Below are positions 38,043 to 46,387 of a stretch of DNA of 64,000 bases, in pieces; within the stretch, counting starts at the first letter, position 1; every line of letters begins with the position of its first letter. The stretch covers positions 256,001-320,000 of the forward strand of contig JAWLHY010000009.1 in assembly GCA_041690135.1 (NCBI GenBank). Direction: 5' to 3'. The stretch is from Armatimonadota bacterium. GTDB lineage: Bacteria > Armatimonadota > SYMT01. A program made the translations under genes and the position numbers. Under the pieces are notes generated by a model, which ran no database searches, was not told where the DNA came from, and saw only the letters and a list, made by a program, of their open reading frames with translations.

Positions 38043-40091
38043 GTGGACGCAATGAGGATTCAGCAGTACCTCACACGAAGACAGGCGGACCGGGAGGGGA
38101 AGGGTAGCTTTCCTCTCCCGCCGCGACGGCTCCATCCGGCTTCCCTGTGCGCCATGGGGATGGGCCTGGGTTTGACCTACCTGGGGGCACAGCCCGCCGT
38201 GTCGGAGACGGCGCCTAACCCCTCCTGGAGCAAACTCTACAACGGCGCCGGCAACTTCTACGACTATGCCCGCGCGACCACCGTGGACACCGCCGGCAAC
38301 GTTTACGTGACGGGCAGTTCGGATGGGGACTACGTTACCGTCAAATACGGTCCCACCGGGTCTCAACTCTGGGCGGCCCGTTACGATGGTCCCCGCCACG
38401 GTCTCGATACCCCTACTGCCATTGTTGTGGACAGCGCCGGAAACGTCTACGTCACCGGCGCTTCCTACGGGGGAAACCCCGCCCTGGCCGGGACGGACTT
38501 CGACTTTGCCACCGTCAAGTACGACCCCGCTGGGGATGAACTCTGGGTCGTCCGTTACGACGGACCGGCCGGACGGGAAGATGCGGCCGCGGCGATGACC
38601 CTCGACTCCGAGGAGAACCTGTGCGTGGCCGGCACCTCTTCCACCCTCGCCACGGGCAAGGACTTTACCCTGATCAAGTACTCCCCGGCCGGTGAGGAAC
38701 TCTGGACCTCGCGGTACGACGGCACCGGTGGCGCCGACACCCTGGCGAGCCTGGCGATCGGGAGCGACGATACCCTGGTGGTCACGGGCGAGTCGTGGGG
38801 TGGAGTTTCCCTGATGGACTTCGCCACCGTAAAGTTCAGTGCGGCGGGTACGCGACTGTGGGCCGCCCGTTTTGACGGCAACCTTGCCGCGGATGCAGCG
38901 GTCGCGGTGGCGGTCGACAGCACCGGAGCGGTCTACGTGACCGGCGCCACCGATGGGGGGCCCGCGGGCGCCGGAGGGAGCGAGCTGGACTACGCCACCC
39001 TAAAGTACACGGACCAGGGCGGACAGGTGTGGCTCAAGCGTTATGACAGTGGAAGCCGTAACCTGGACGTTCCGGCCGCTCTGGCGGTGGACGTTAATGG
39101 AAACGTGTTCGTCACCGGCCGGTCCCGGACCCCTACTGGCGGGTACGGCTTTCTGACCCTCGCCTATAACACGGGCGGGACCCAGTTGTGGTCGGATCGG
39201 TATGACGCCAGCGGCAACCGGGATGATTACCCCACCGGTCTCGTCGCCACCGGGGTCGGTACCCTCTACATCGCGGGCCAGGCGACGGCCGGCTCGGGGC
39301 GGGTGGGCTTCGCCACCCTCAAGTACAGTCTCGCCGGCAGTCGACTCTGGGTGGCGCGGTATGACGGACCCACGAACGGCGATTCCGCGCCGGTCGCCAT
39401 GGCCCTCCAGGGAGACGATGCCCTGGTGGTGGCCGGAACCGCCTGGGGGACCAGCGGCACCCAGGACTACGCCACGCTGAAGTATCTCATCGGCGCCTCG
39501 GCTCCCCCGTCCGCCCCGAGCGGTCTCGTCGGCGCTCCCACTTCCGCCGGCGACGTTCTCCTGACCTGGCAGGACACCAGCGGGGATGAAGCGGGGTTCC
39601 GGATCGAGCGAAAACTCGGCCGTGCCGACTACGTGGAGGTCGGCACGGTAGGCGCCGGGGTTACCAACTTCGTCGACATGAGCGCCGCACTCCGGTCGAA
39701 GTATCGCTACCGGGTAGTGGCCTTCAATGCCCTGGGGAGTTCCGCGCCTTCCAACGAGTTGGCGGTGAATCTTCCCGCTCGCCTGACCACGCGTATCTCC
39801 GTTTCGCCGACGAAGGTGAAGTTCCCCCGAGTACGGATCGGCAGTACCGGAAGCAAGTCGGTCACGGTGCGCAACCTCGGCAGCACCATCCTGACCGGAC
39901 GCATAGTAGCGCCCTCGACTCCGTTCAGTGCGGCGAGTGAGGAGTTCACGTTGTATCCCCGGGCTCGGAAGCAAGTGTCCGTGCAGTTTGCCCCTACCGC
40001 CACGGGTGATTTCACCGGTGAGCTGCAGGTGGAGAGCAACGATCCCAAGAAGCCGGTGGCTCCGGTGAAACTTTCGGGTAAAGGCTTCTAA
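38043..40091 (+). CDS. SBBP-type beta-propeller (8 blades) + fibronectin type III + choice-of-anchor D/ASH-like Ig domain
   Basis: Repeats W...Y(D/N)G...AVD..GNVYVTG....DFATVKY. FN3 PSAPSGL...LTWQD.S.DE.GFRIER...YRYRVVAFN. C-terminal V.N.G...F.P...G...SND. Confidence 0.88.
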   Translation: MDAMRIQQYLTRRQADREGKGSFPLPPRRLHPASLCAMGMGLGLTYLGAQPAVSETAPNPSWSKLYNGAGNFYDYARATTVDTAGNVYVTGSSDGDYVTVKYGPTGSQLWAARYDGPRHGLDTPTAIVVDSAGNVYVTGASYGGNPALAGTDFDFATVKYDPAGDELWVVRYDGPAGREDAAAAMTLDSEENLCVAGTSSTLATGKDFTLIKYSPAGEELWTSRYDGTGGADTLASLAIGSDDTLVVTGESWGGVSLMDFATVKFSAAGTRLWAARFDGNLAADAAVAVAVDSTGAVYVTGATDGGPAGAGGSELDYATLKYTDQGGQVWLKRYDSGSRNLDVPAALAVDVNGNVFVTGRSRTPTGGYGFLTLAYNTGGTQLWSDRYDASGNRDDYPTGLVATGVGTLYIAGQATAGSGRVGFATLKYSLAGSRLWVARYDGPTNGDSAPVAMALQGDDALVVAGTAWGTSGTQDYATLKYLIGASAPPSAPSGLVGAPTSAGDVLLTWQDTSGDEAGFRIERKLGRADYVEVGTVGAGVTNFVDMSAALRSKYRYRVVAFNALGSSAPSNELAVNLPARLTTRISVSPTKVKFPRVRIGSTGSKSVTVRNLGSTILTGRIVAPSTPFSAASEEFTLYPRARKQVSVQFAPTATGDFTGELQVESNDPKKPVAPVKLSGKGF

Positions 40092-40108
40092 CTTGGAGGT
40101 CCGCCCGA

Positions 40109-40615
40109 GTGAGGAAACGGTCCCCACGCTCTACCGGTTGCCGTTCGGCCTTTGTCAGCTTCGCCTGGGGTGAGCCGGATTGCACGGTCCGCAGCGGGAA
40201 CACCTCCGATCGGGAACTCGCCTGGCGTTTGCTCCCACCGCACCTTTGCCTCCAGGCTGCGACAGCCGCGCAGGTTGTGCCCGTCAGCGAGCAGGATGAG
40301 GCTCGGGGATCTCTCTGGCCGGTGAAAGACCTGCTCTTCGGAGAGTTCGAGGGGGAACTCCTGCTGGCCCGCGACGAAATCGGTGAGGGGTATCGCCTCT
40401 CCGGTATTGGGGCGGAGTTCTGGCGGTCCATCCTTGCGGGTGAGCCCGCCGCCGAAACGGCGGAACGCTTGAGCCGCGTCTACGACGTAGACGCCGGTAC
40501 CGTTTGCACGAATTTGGAAGGCTTCACCCGCACGCTGCTCCAGCAAGGTTGGCTGCAGCCTGCCGGTGCGGCGGATGGGGATGGGCAGGAAGTCCCGAGC
40601 ATTCCGGAGAGGTAA
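40109..40615 (+). CDS. PqqD family RiPP recognition element (lasso B1/E protein); real start may be GTG 40277
   Basis: EFEGELLL....GEGYRLSGIGAEFWRSI.....ETAERLSRVYDVD.....LEGF...L.QQGWL matches the PqqD 3-strand/3-helix pattern. Confidence 0.85.
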   Translation: MRKRSPRSTGCRSAFVSFAWGEPDCTVRSGNTSDRELAWRLLPPHLCLQAATAAQVVPVSEQDEARGSLWPVKDLLFGEFEGELLLARDEIGEGYRLSGIGAEFWRSILAGEPAAETAERLSRVYDVDAGTVCTNLEGFTRTLLQQGWLQPAGAADGDGQEVPSIPER

Positions 40616-40748
40616 TACCGAAGAGGTGATAGAGGACAGCGGCGGCATTCCCCTTAACCAGGTAGCAACGGATCCATGTCGGACCCGTCGATGGCAGCGT
40701 CCCGCGTCTACACTACGATCCGCGGGCTTCCACGGTAAGGAATGTGGG

Positions 40749-41606
40749 ATGAAACGTCGGGATTTTCTCATCGGTTCTGCCGGCCTTCTGCTGGCGGCGG
40801 ATCGCGCGTGCGGCGAGCCACGCGTGGTGCGCGATGTCGTTTATGGCGAGCCTGGCGGACACCGCCTGCTCATGGACATCTACCGTCCGGAGACGCCCGG
40901 GCCGCACCCCGCCGTGGTGCTGGTCCATGGCGGTGGCTGGCTGGGAGGCAGTAAGGCGGGGCACCAGGGCACGGGGATGCTGCTGGCGCGGCACGGGTAC
41001 GTTGCTTGCGCCATCAATTACCGCCTGGCACCCCAATATCCGTATCCCGCCGCCTTTGATGATTGCCAGAGGGCCGTGCGGTGGGTCCGCGCGCACGCCG
41101 GGGAGTACGGGATCGATCCGAAGCGAGTCGGGGCGATGGGGGATTCAGCGGGAGGCCACCTGGTGGCCCTGATCGGGGTGCGGCACACCCGCGACAATAG
41201 CGATCGGGAGCTCTCGCGGTTCCGGAGCCGTCCTGATGTGGTGGTCGCCTATTACGGCGCCTTCGAGCTCGTGCGGATGTGGGATATCGAGATGGCCCAT
41301 CGCCCGCTGACCGCCTGGCTCGGGGGTCCGCCCGATCAACACGCCAAGGTATACCGGGAGGCCTCACCCGTGGCGATGGTCACTCGCAAGTCGCCGCCGT
41401 TCCTGATCCTGCACGGCAACCGGGACATGGTCAATCCGCTGGAGCAGTCCGAGTTGCTACATGCGGCTCTCCGAAAAAAGGGTGTCACGAGTGAGATGGT
41501 GGTCCTGGACGGTGCGGGGCACGGCTGGGCCCTGGACTCCCCGCATGGGAAACAGGCCGAGAAGGCCGTGCTGACCTTCCTGGACAGGCACCTACGACGC
41601 AAATAG
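40749..41606 (+). CDS. Tat-secreted alpha/beta hydrolase (HSL/BD-FAE-type esterase)
   Basis: MKRRDFL twin-arginine signal, HGGGW, GDSAGG, HG..D..., GAGHG. Confidence 0.92.
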   Translation: MKRRDFLIGSAGLLLAADRACGEPRVVRDVVYGEPGGHRLLMDIYRPETPGPHPAVVLVHGGGWLGGSKAGHQGTGMLLARHGYVACAINYRLAPQYPYPAAFDDCQRAVRWVRAHAGEYGIDPKRVGAMGDSAGGHLVALIGVRHTRDNSDRELSRFRSRPDVVVAYYGAFELVRMWDIEMAHRPLTAWLGGPPDQHAKVYREASPVAMVTRKSPPFLILHGNRDMVNPLEQSELLHAALRKKGVTSEMVVLDGAGHGWALDSPHGKQAEKAVLTFLDRHLRRK

Positions 41607-41750
41607 GCGCGCCCGATGCAGAGCTTGGACGACACAATACCCGAGGATAAACCTCACCCTGAACGGCGGCCCCTGTGGACCCTATCGCATGGCGAGCGAT
41701 ACCGTTGACGACGGTTCACACCCAAAGTGTACGCGCCGTCTAGCGGGAGG

Positions 41751-41806
41751 TACGGCTGGGCGAGTGAACTCGCGGCTACACAAAGCGAAGCCTGCCTCCG
41801 CAGGCT
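41751..41806 (-). repeat. REP-like element, copy 1
   Basis: Reverse strand reads AGCCTGCGGAGGCAGGCT-TCGCTTTGT-GTAG-CCGCGAGTTCACTCGC (two hairpins around GTAG); 50/56 identical to 58980-59035. Confidence 0.85.
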
Positions 41807-41895
41807 GGAAACACCTTGGTGCAGAAGTCTTCTGGTTTGACGGTCCTTTTGCTTGTGGCTGGAGCTGTTGATGCACGTAGGCGGAATGCCCGGGG

Positions 41896-41942
41896 AGCCG
41901 ACGGAGGTCGGCTTTGCTTTGTGTAGCCGCGGCTTGAGCCGC
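41896..41942 (+). repeat. REP-like element, copy 2 (inverted relative to copy 1)
   Basis: AGCCGACGGAGGTCGGCT-TTGCTTTGT-GTAG-CCGCGGCTTGAGCCGC; same layout as copy 1 with compensatory stem changes. Confidence 0.8.
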
Positions 41943-42122
41943 TTGGGAACCCGCACCAGCCCTTGGGCGTTACCTCCTGTCGCACACGGAGCAATGAGGG
42001 TCTGCGGCTGGACGGGTGGTGAGCCGCGTGAGTATCCCGGCTACACATTGTGGAACCGACATCCACACCCTCCTCCCTGGGTACCCGGGCGTAAACCTCC
42101 GTCGGTGGGGAACAACAAGCGG

Positions 42123-42794
42123 TTATTTCTTGACAGAAGCTTCGTCGGCGAACTGCAGCGCCTGGTGAAGCGCTCCCGTCCACATCTCCCACGTGAGCAC
42201 GCCGGTGTTGGTATTCTGCCTGCTCGGGTGGTAGCTGTCCACCAGGGTCGGTTCTCCCTCACCCAGATCGTGGACCGCGCCGTGGCGGAAGGGAAAGGCG
42301 GAGAGCCGGTGTCCCCGTAGCTTCAAGTAAGTATCGTGCGCGAGCTTGCCCAGGGCCAGCACCACGCGTGTGTTGGCGATCAGCTCTAACTCGCGCTCCA
42401 GGAAGGGGCGGCAGGCATCGAACTCCGCGCCGGTGGGCCGGTTCTGCGGCGGCACGCACCGCACGGCGTTGCTGATCCACACGCCGCGAAGCTCCAGGGG
42501 CTGATCCCCGCGGGTACAGTTGGGTTCGGAGCAGACCCCCAGCTCATGGAGCGCTCCCCAGAGCCAGCGCCCGGAATCGTCTCCCGTGAACACCCGCCCG
42601 TGGCGGTTGGCGCCATGGTAACCAGGGGCAAGGCCGAGGATGAACAGGCGCGCCTCCGGATCGCCGAAACCGGAGACGGGGCGAGACCAGTATTCCGGAT
42701 GCTTCTCCCGGGATTCCTGGAGGAAGGCGGCCAGACGGTCGCACCGGGTGCAGCCGTGGATCTCTCCGGCCAGCTTCAGGATCGTGTCATTCAC
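42123..42794 (-). CDS. Uracil-DNA glycosylase family 5 (UdgB-like, [4Fe-4S])
   Basis: CxxC..., GLAPGYHGANRHGRVFTGDDSG, VRCVPPQNRP, C.PFL and SYHPSRQNT. Confidence 0.93.
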   Translation of the reverse strand: MNDTILKLAGEIHGCTRCDRLAAFLQESREKHPEYWSRPVSGFGDPEARLFILGLAPGYHGANRHGRVFTGDDSGRWLWGALHELGVCSEPNCTRGDQPLELRGVWISNAVRCVPPQNRPTGAEFDACRPFLERELELIANTRVVLALGKLAHDTYLKLRGHRLSAFPFRHGAVHDLGEGEPTLVDSYHPSRQNTNTGVLTWEMWTGALHQALQFADEASVKK

Positions 42795-43052
42795 GGTCTC
42801 AGTATACGGTTCGGTTCGAACGCTGTCGCATTGCTCCGGAAACGGAAGCTTCCGGATGGGGAGGATGTACCTTTGCGGCGGGACCGCGAAGGCACTTCCG
42901 CAGGACGCTCGCTAACTTACAACAACTCCGCAGCCTGGCGCGGGAGGTGCTGAGGCGGAAATAGAGAATTACAGATGGGTCCTTTCCCAAGTGTGTTGTG
43001 GACCCGGTTACTCAGCATCAAATTATCTCCAGCGTTGGAGAGGGAGTCGTCC

Positions 43053-43751
43053 GTGAAGAAGCGTGGGTTTACACTCATCGAATTGCTCGTGGTGATTGCC
43101 ATTATCGCCATCCTCGCCGCTATCCTCTTTCCTGTATTTGCGCGCGCCCGTGAGGCCGCACGCCAGTCCGCCTGTCTCAACAACACGAAGCAGATCGGCA
43201 CCGCCATCATGATGTACGTGCAGGACTACGACGAGTTGTTCCCGCATGACAGCACGGCGGCCAACACCGGAGCCGGAGTAGGCACCGGTGTTTGGACGGG
43301 GAACATGTTCACCAGCATCGAGCGCTGGCCGAACAAAGTCGCCCCTTACATCAAGAACCAGAATGTCTTCCAGTGCCCCAGCAGCACCCCCACCACCACC
43401 GCTCCGCGCACCGATCACATCGGCTACTGGGCGAATGGGGCGGTGTTCGCCACGAGTGGGAACGCGCCGGTGGGACTTGCGGCGCTGACGGCTTCGGCAG
43501 ACATAGTGATGGCTTACGACGACCTGGGCAAGCAGAACCGGAACCAGATTGTGATGCGGCCCTACTGGAGTGGTGGCACGTTCATCGACTCGAATGCGTT
43601 CGACACGATCAGCAACGGTGCTTACCGGAGCGGCCCTCACAACGATATGATCAACGTGCTCTGGGCCGACGGCCACTCGAAGGCCATCAAGAACCGCCTC
43701 TTGAAGCAAGTGACGATGCGGGCGCCTATTGGCGCTGCTGTCTTCCCATAA
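43053..43751 (+). CDS. Prepilin-type N-terminal cleavage/methylation + DUF1559 + H-X9-DG domain protein
   Basis: GTG 43053 after [66 protein letters not shown]. Confidence 0.95.
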   Translation: MKKRGFTLIELLVVIAIIAILAAILFPVFARAREAARQSACLNNTKQIGTAIMMYVQDYDELFPHDSTAANTGAGVGTGVWTGNMFTSIERWPNKVAPYIKNQNVFQCPSSTPTTTAPRTDHIGYWANGAVFATSGNAPVGLAALTASADIVMAYDDLGKQNRNQIVMRPYWSGGTFIDSNAFDTISNGAYRSGPHNDMINVLWADGHSKAIKNRLLKQVTMRAPIGAAVFP

Positions 43752-43768
43752 ACAGGGACGGCAACCAG

Positions 43769-43823
43769 AAAAGCGAATGGGGTCACGGAGAAGCACTTCT
43801 CCGTGACCCCATTCGCTTTTTTT
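43769..43823. terminator. Bidirectional intrinsic terminator
   Basis: Perfect 25-bp inverted repeat AAAAGCGAATGGGGTCACGGAGAAG / CTTCTCCGTGACCCCATTCGCTTTT with a T7 tail, between convergent genes. Confidence 0.92.
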
Positions 43824-43834
43824 GGGGGGCTCTC

Positions 43835-44410
43835 TTATCCGATTCGAGGCTTCTTCTGGGCGCCGCTGGGATGCGGATCGAAGTCGGCGGGCCAGAGGGT
43901 GCCGGTGTCGTAGATGGCGTCGCTGATCTCGGCGCGGTGCATCCGGGCATTACGGAAGTCGGTGCCGCGCAGGTCGGCGCCGCGCAGGTTCACGCCGCGC
44001 AGGTCGGCGCCGCGTAGGTCCGCGCCGGAGAGGTCCGCCATCCGGAGGTCCGCCTTATGCAGGTCGGCGCCGCGCATCGACGCGTGCTGCAGGTCCGCGC
44101 CCACCAGGGCGATCCCGCTCAGCTTCGATTCGATCAGCGAGGCTCCGGCCACCGTGTGCAGAAGCGCGCCTGTGCGCCGGTGCGAAATCATTGTCGTGGG
44201 AGTCTCGGACTTCTCCTCGACCACGGCGACCGTGGCGGCGGCCCTTTTCTTGGCCGCGCCGGTCTTGGCCCACATCTGGAAGCGCCGGGAACTCTGGCAC
44301 TCGGTGCATACCATAGCAACGCTGTTAAACCCGTTCCAGGTCGCCGGCGTCACCGAAACCATCGGCACATCTTCCTTGTCGTTTCCACACAGGGTGCAGG
44401 TTCGGATCAT
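43835..44410 (-). CDS. Pentapeptide repeat protein with N-terminal CxxC...CxxC zinc-ribbon
   Basis: A(D/N)LxG repeats (ADLRG, ADLSG, VNLRG); CTLC and CTEC. Confidence 0.88.
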   Translation of the reverse strand: MIRTCTLCGNDKEDVPMVSVTPATWNGFNSVAMVCTECQSSRRFQMWAKTGAAKKRAAATVAVVEEKSETPTTMISHRRTGALLHTVAGASLIESKLSGIALVGADLQHASMRGADLHKADLRMADLSGADLRGADLRGVNLRGADLRGTDFRNARMHRAEISDAIYDTGTLWPADFDPHPSGAQKKPRIG

Positions 44411-44684
44411 AGGGCCTCTTCCTTGGCGGCAAAGCCGCGGTCATGTCACGGAGATCGATCGGCGGGACCAGCTCACGGGCAGCGGTCGCACTTTCGCTAG
44501 CGGAGCGTTCGGTCTTCCGGCATGGTCAACGGGAGTTGATTAGGCCGGAATGTACAAAGGCCGTCCCGGTGCTGATAGAGCACTGCGGGACGGCCTCGAC
44601 GCTCCGAACGGTAATGCGCTACGAACTCAATCTGTGGTTTACACAGCTACTATAGCGGAATCCCGCCCGAATAGCCAATCGGGT

Positions 44685-46115
44685 TCATGCCCAGCCTTTT
44701 CGATACTCCGGTCGTTTCAGGAAGCGGTTGGCGCGCTTGACGTTCGAGACGCGCCCGCGCTCGGCATTCCACTCGATGCTCTCGCCGGAGCGGACCGCGA
44801 GGTTGCCGAGCAGCACGAACTCGGTGAGCGGCGCGGAGTAGTCGAAGTTGGAGCTGGGCAGGCCGCCGTTGACGATGCAGTGGGCCCATTCCAACTGCGG
44901 ATTGCCGGGCTGCGGGCTCCGCTCTTCGGTCTTCTTGAACTTACCTGCCTCGGTGTCCCGCTTCACCGCCTCGAAGCGCTCCACCGGGTAGATGTCCGGG
45001 TTCACGCAGTAGGCATCGGGTTCGAACAGCACGCCTTCCGTGCCGATGAACATCATCCCACTGCTGGCCTTATCGAATGCGGCCACAGGGATCCGCTCGT
45101 CCCGCTCGGGCTTGTTTGGCTTGCCGTCCTTCTCCCCGTCGTGCCAGGTCACCTTGATCCCGGGGAATGGCCCGGAGTTGGGCATGTGGTAGGTGAGGAT
45201 GGACCATTCCGGCGCGGTAAGCGCGGTGTACGGACCGCTCTGGACGTCCACCCGGACGGGGACCTGCCGCCCCAGGATGTTGAAGGTGGCGTCCATGATG
45301 TGGCAACCCATGTCTCCCAGGGCCCCGCACCCGAACTGCCACCAGCCGCGCCAGTTGAACGGATGGACGGAGTTGCCGCGCCGGTTCATTTTGCCTTCCG
45401 GAAGGTCGAGCACGAAATACGGCTCCATCGTTTCCATGGAAAGCCAGGCATCCCAATTCAACTCCGCCGGGCAAGTAACCACCTTCTTGTTGATGGGGCC
45501 CTGGGGCCAGATCGGGCGGTTGGTCCAGAGGCGGATCTCCTGGAGCTTTCCGATGGCGCCCTGATCGATCCATTCCTTGGAGCGGCGCTGGCCGTCCATC
45601 GTCCGACCCTGGTTGCCCATCTGGGTGACCACGCCTGCTTTCTTGGCGGCCCTGTGGAGTTCCCGCACTTCATCGATGGTATTGCAGAGCGGCTTCTGCA
45701 CACAGACATGCTTTTTATTCCGCACTGCCCACATCGCGGCGTTGAAGTGGGTGTGGTCCGGAGTGGAGACGATGACGGCATCGATCTCCTTGCCCATCTC
45801 GTCGAACATTTTCCGGAAGTCGGAATAGGTGCGAGGTGCGCGGGAAGGAGTGACGCTGCGGTTCGCGTAGAACTTGGCGAGGCTGGCAACGGCTCCGTCG
45901 AGGCGCTTGGCGTCGACGTCCACGAGGGCGACGATGTTGTGCTGCAGGGCAACGTTGTGGGTGTCCGACTGGCCCTTACCCATGGCGCCAATGACAGCGA
46001 TGTTGAGCCTTTTTCCCGGCGTGTCCTGGGCATAGCTGGGGCGGGCCAGGCCGGCAACTGCCAGTCCGGCAGTCCCGGCCAGGAAGTGACGGCGGCTAAG
46101 CGTGGATGACGACAT
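44685..46115 (-). CDS. Tat-secreted Gfo/Idh/MocA family oxidoreductase
   Basis: SRRHFL, STPDHTH, KHVCVQKPL, QMGNQ, GALGDMGCH, YRKGW. Confidence 0.95.
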   Translation of the reverse strand: MSSSTLSRRHFLAGTAGLAVAGLARPSYAQDTPGKRLNIAVIGAMGKGQSDTHNVALQHNIVALVDVDAKRLDGAVASLAKFYANRSVTPSRAPRTYSDFRKMFDEMGKEIDAVIVSTPDHTHFNAAMWAVRNKKHVCVQKPLCNTIDEVRELHRAAKKAGVVTQMGNQGRTMDGQRRSKEWIDQGAIGKLQEIRLWTNRPIWPQGPINKKVVTCPAELNWDAWLSMETMEPYFVLDLPEGKMNRRGNSVHPFNWRGWWQFGCGALGDMGCHIMDATFNILGRQVPVRVDVQSGPYTALTAPEWSILTYHMPNSGPFPGIKVTWHDGEKDGKPNKPERDERIPVAAFDKASSGMMFIGTEGVLFEPDAYCVNPDIYPVERFEAVKRDTEAGKFKKTEERSPQPGNPQLEWAHCIVNGGLPSSNFDYSAPLTEFVLLGNLAVRSGESIEWNAERGRVSNVKRANRFLKRPEYRKGWA

Positions 46116-46140
46116 ACGACTCTCCGTAGTGGTGAAAGGT

Positions 46141-46188
46141 GTTCGGGTGTTCGGGTGTTGGGCTGTTCAGGCTTTCAGGCCTTCGGGC
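46141..46188. repeat. Octamer tandem array (6 copies of about NTTCRGGY)
   Basis: gttcgggt gttcgggt gttgggct gttcaggc tttcaggc cttcgggc. Confidence 0.8.
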
Positions 46189-46387
46189 GTCCGGTATGCA
46201 GGCAGTCCGGCTGCCCGGTGAGGGGCAAAGTTCAGGCATGTTGTAACTATCTTCGCCCGTGCGCCGGTTGATCCTCCCCAGATCGTCTCTGGATGCAGGG
46301 GGGAGCCGATCTTGTAGAGGAACCGGGCTCCTGACGGCCGAATGGGTGGAGTGGGCGAAGAGTGGAGCCTCGTCCGGAACGGAAGAG

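Noticed and set aside
41751-41942. CRISPR array or IS ends
   Set aside because: The copies are inverted or dispersed rather than regularly spaced direct repeats, and no cas or transposase gene is nearby.
43960-44105. 15-bp DNA periodicity
   Set aside because: Fully explained by the encoded pentapeptide repeats.
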